Part shown: piece after piece, positions 62,048 to 64,000 of the stretch
Layout: each line of letters starts with the position of its first letter
Numbering within the stretch: position 1 is the stretch's first letter
Origin: Gemmatimonadota bacterium
Lineage (GTDB): Bacteria > Gemmatimonadota > Gemmatimonadetes > Gemmatimonadales > GWC2-71-9
Reading direction: 5' to 3'
Length of the DNA stretch: 64,000 nt
NCBI GenBank assembly: GCA_003222055.1
Contig: QHUT01000068.1
Location: 25,853-89,852, forward strand
Translations under genes and position numbers: made by a program
The notes under the pieces: generated by a model
Seen by the model: the letters and a program-made list of their open reading frames with translations, nothing else
The model's database searches: none
Told to the model about the DNA's origin: nothing

Positions 62048-62981
62048 TCGCCAGCATCCGGTCGATGGCGCGGCGTGCTCGTCCGGCGACTGCGGGAGGT
62101 ACGGTCACGACGTGCTTCAGGTCGCGCAGCGAGTCCCGCAGCTTCTCGAGGGTGATCTGCTTCATGAAGCGGCACTCGGCCGACTCGGCCAGCGCGTAGA
62201 ACTCCTTGTCGGGGTTCTCGCGGCGCAGCCGGTACAGCACGCCCGTCTCGGTCGCGACCACGAAGCGGCGCGCCGGCGAGGTCCGCGCCCGCCGCGTCAT
62301 TTCTTCGGTCGAGACGATGTGAGTACGACCGGTGGCGACGTCACCGTCCGCGGCCGCGTAGTACATGGTGCTGGTCACGCAGCCGCACTCGGGATGCACC
62401 AGGAACTCCGCATCCGGGTGCTCGCGCCGCTTGGCCTCCACGTCCGCGGGGCCGAGCGCCGCGTGCACATGACACTCGCCCATCCACACGTCGAGCGCGC
62501 GGCCAGTCACCCTGCGCACGTGGCTCCCCAGAAAGAAGTCCGGGACGAACAGCACCGGGACGTCGGGGGGCAGCGCCTGGACCACCGCCACCGCGTTGCC
62601 CGAGGTGCAGCAGTAATCCGCTTCGGCCTTCACGGCGGCACTGCAGTTCACGTAGGCGACGACCAGGCCGTCGGGATGCGTGGCGCGCCAGGCCCGCACG
62701 TCCGCCGCCTGGATCGTGGCGGCGAGCGAGCACCCCGCGTCCGGGTCGGGGATGAGCACGCGCTTGTCGGGGTTGGCAATGGCAGCCGTCTCGGCCATGA
62801 AATGCACGCCGCAGATGACGAGCAGCGGCGCATCGAGCTCCGTGGCGCGCCGCGCCATCCGGAGCGAGTCGGCCACCACGTCGGCCACGTCCTGGATCTC
62901 GGGTCGCTGGTAGTTGTGCGCCAGGATCGCGGCGCCCCGCTGCGCCTTGAGCGCCAGGATTTCTGTCGTGAGAGCCGTCAT
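62040..62981 (-). CDS. nadA: Quinolinate synthase
   Basis: It has ILAHNYQRPEIQDVAD, VHFMAET and CxxC-type cluster ligands. I prefer ATG 62981 over 63086. Confidence 0.9.
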   Translation of the reverse strand: MTALTTEILALKAQRGAAILAHNYQRPEIQDVADVVADSLRMARRATELDAPLLVICGVHFMAETAAIANPDKRVLIPDPDAGCSLAATIQAADVRAWRATHPDGLVVAYVNCSAAVKAEADYCCTSGNAVAVVQALPPDVPVLFVPDFFLGSHVRRVTGRALDVWMGECHVHAALGPADVEAKRREHPDAEFLVHPECGCVTSTMYYAAADGDVATGRTHIVSTEEMTRRARTSPARRFVVATETGVLYRLRRENPDKEFYALAESAECRFMKQITLEKLRDSLRDLKHVVTVPPAVAGRARRAIDRMLAIG

Positions 62982-63173
62982 GACACACACCCATTGGTGG
63001 AGGAACCGCTGCGGGGGGGCCGTTTGGGCAACGCCTCGGTCCACCGAAGGGGATGGACCGCTCCCAGCAGGGGGCGCGAACGTCACCGCGCCATCTGAAT
63101 GCTACACGGAAGGCGTGTCGGGCGGGAGCACCCGCTCTTTCGGGACGCCTGATGGCGCCCTATGATCAATCGG

Positions 63174-64000
63174 ATGACGACGTCGCCGCTCGCGGCTCGG
63201 CCACGCCCGACCGTGACCCGCTTCCTCGTCGGCCTCAACCTGACGGTCTTCGTCGCGATGGCCGTCGCCGGCGTGTCCGCCCTCGACCCCTCGGGAGAGG
63301 CCCTCCTTCCCTGGGGGGCGAACTTCGGACCCCGCACCCTCAGCGGCGAGCCCTGGCGACTGCTCACGTCTACGTTCCTCCACTTCGGCGTCATCCATCT
63401 CGCGATGAACATGTGGTGCCTGTGGGCTCTGGGTACCCTCGCCGAGCCGCTCCTGGGAGGTGGGGCGTTTCTGCTGCTGTACCTGTTGAGCGGCCTCGGG
63501 GGCAGCGTGCTCAGCATGCTGGTGCACCCGATGGTGATCAGCGCGGGGGCCTCCGGAGCCGTCTTCGGCGTCGCGGGCGCACTGATCCCATTGCTCTGGT
63601 TGCGGGGCGACGGGCCCAAGTTGACCGGGCCCGGGAACGCCCTGGGCAGCGTGATCGGGTTCGTCGCCTACAACCTCGTCTACAGCTTGACTCGACCCAA
63701 TGTCGACATGGCGGGTCACGTCGGCGGACTCGTGGTGGGGCTCGTCCTCGGGTTCCTGTTCAAGCCCCGCGCGGCCGGCGACGAAGCGCGGCTCACCTTC
63801 CCCTCCCTGGCCGCCGCGCTCGCCGTCGCGCTGATCATCGGGTACGGGGAACACGCGGCGCGGGGACTGCACCGCTCCGTGTCGGCGTTGGGGCGGGCGC
63901 AGCGCGACATCAACGCCGGCGCGTACGACCGGGCGATCGCGGCGCTCGACTCGGTACTCGCGCACGACACGGCTGCGGGGGACGCCCACCGACTCCTGGC
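63174..64000 (+). CDS. Rhomboid-family intramembrane serine protease (3-prime partial; runs off the window)
   Basis: It has WRLLTSTFLHFGVIHLAMNM, GASGAVFG and a histidine in GHVGGLVVG. The ORF is open to position 64000, so it is absent from the ORF track. Confidence 0.8.
   Translation, partial: MTTSPLAARPRPTVTRFLVGLNLTVFVAMAVAGVSALDPSGEALLPWGANFGPRTLSGEPWRLLTSTFLHFGVIHLAMNMWCLWALGTLAEPLLGGGAFLLLYLLSGLGGSVLSMLVHPMVISAGASGAVFGVAGALIPLLWLRGDGPKLTGPGNALGSVIGFVAYNLVYSLTRPNVDMAGHVGGLVVGLVLGFLFKPRAAGDEARLTFPSLAAALAVALIIGYGEHAARGLHRSVSALGRAQRDINAGAYDRAIAALDSVLAHDTAAGDAHRLL

Noticed and set aside
1-64000. tRNA, rRNA, transposase, integrase or prophage genes that might mark a mobile island.
   Set aside because: I saw no T-loop (GGTTCGAATCC-like) or rRNA signatures, and no DDE, tyrosine or serine recombinase motifs in any frame. 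The AT-rich patch at about 50.1 kb is the only compositional anomaly, and it is promoter-sized.

Overview
The window is a visibly GC-rich, densely packed bacterial chromosomal segment. I found no rRNA, tRNA, CRISPR array, transposase or integrase. Gene content (BNR/sortilin-like protein, XoxF-type PQQ dehydrogenase, many secreted lipoproteins) fits a soil or sediment Gemmatimonadota- or Acidobacteriota-like organism, but this taxonomy is inference only. About 60 protein genes can be supported. They include a polyphosphate kinase with an unusual N-terminal extension, an orphan histidine kinase, an ABC-2 type transporter and an RND efflux triad. There is also a lanthanide-type PQQ dehydrogenase cluster, msrA, an ATP-dependent DNA ligase, ogt and nadCA. 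Many adjacent genes overlap by 4 nt (ATGA or GTGA), which helped fix start codons. The long ORFs on the strand opposite real genes are shadow ORFs typical of high-GC DNA. The most interesting locus is 49.7-58.7 kb. There an SNF2 ATPase is translationally coupled to a 653-aa protein whose C-terminal third is a tandem array of Cys/His zinc-knuckle-like modules. This pair faces, across 53 bp, a UvrD-type helicase with a DEDDh exonuclease inserted between helicase motifs IV and V. The module is bordered by an XRE regulator with a strongly AT-rich operator-like promoter and by DinB-fold and Ogt genes. It matches no defence or repair system that I can name. Other findings: two in-frame palindromic repeat insertions inside the helicase gene, a four-copy REP-like hairpin family, and a heptamer-built inverted repeat around a permease start. 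There is also a four-member secreted paralog family, including a tandem pair with one truncated member, and several gene relics. All functional calls rest on motifs read by eye. No database search was run.
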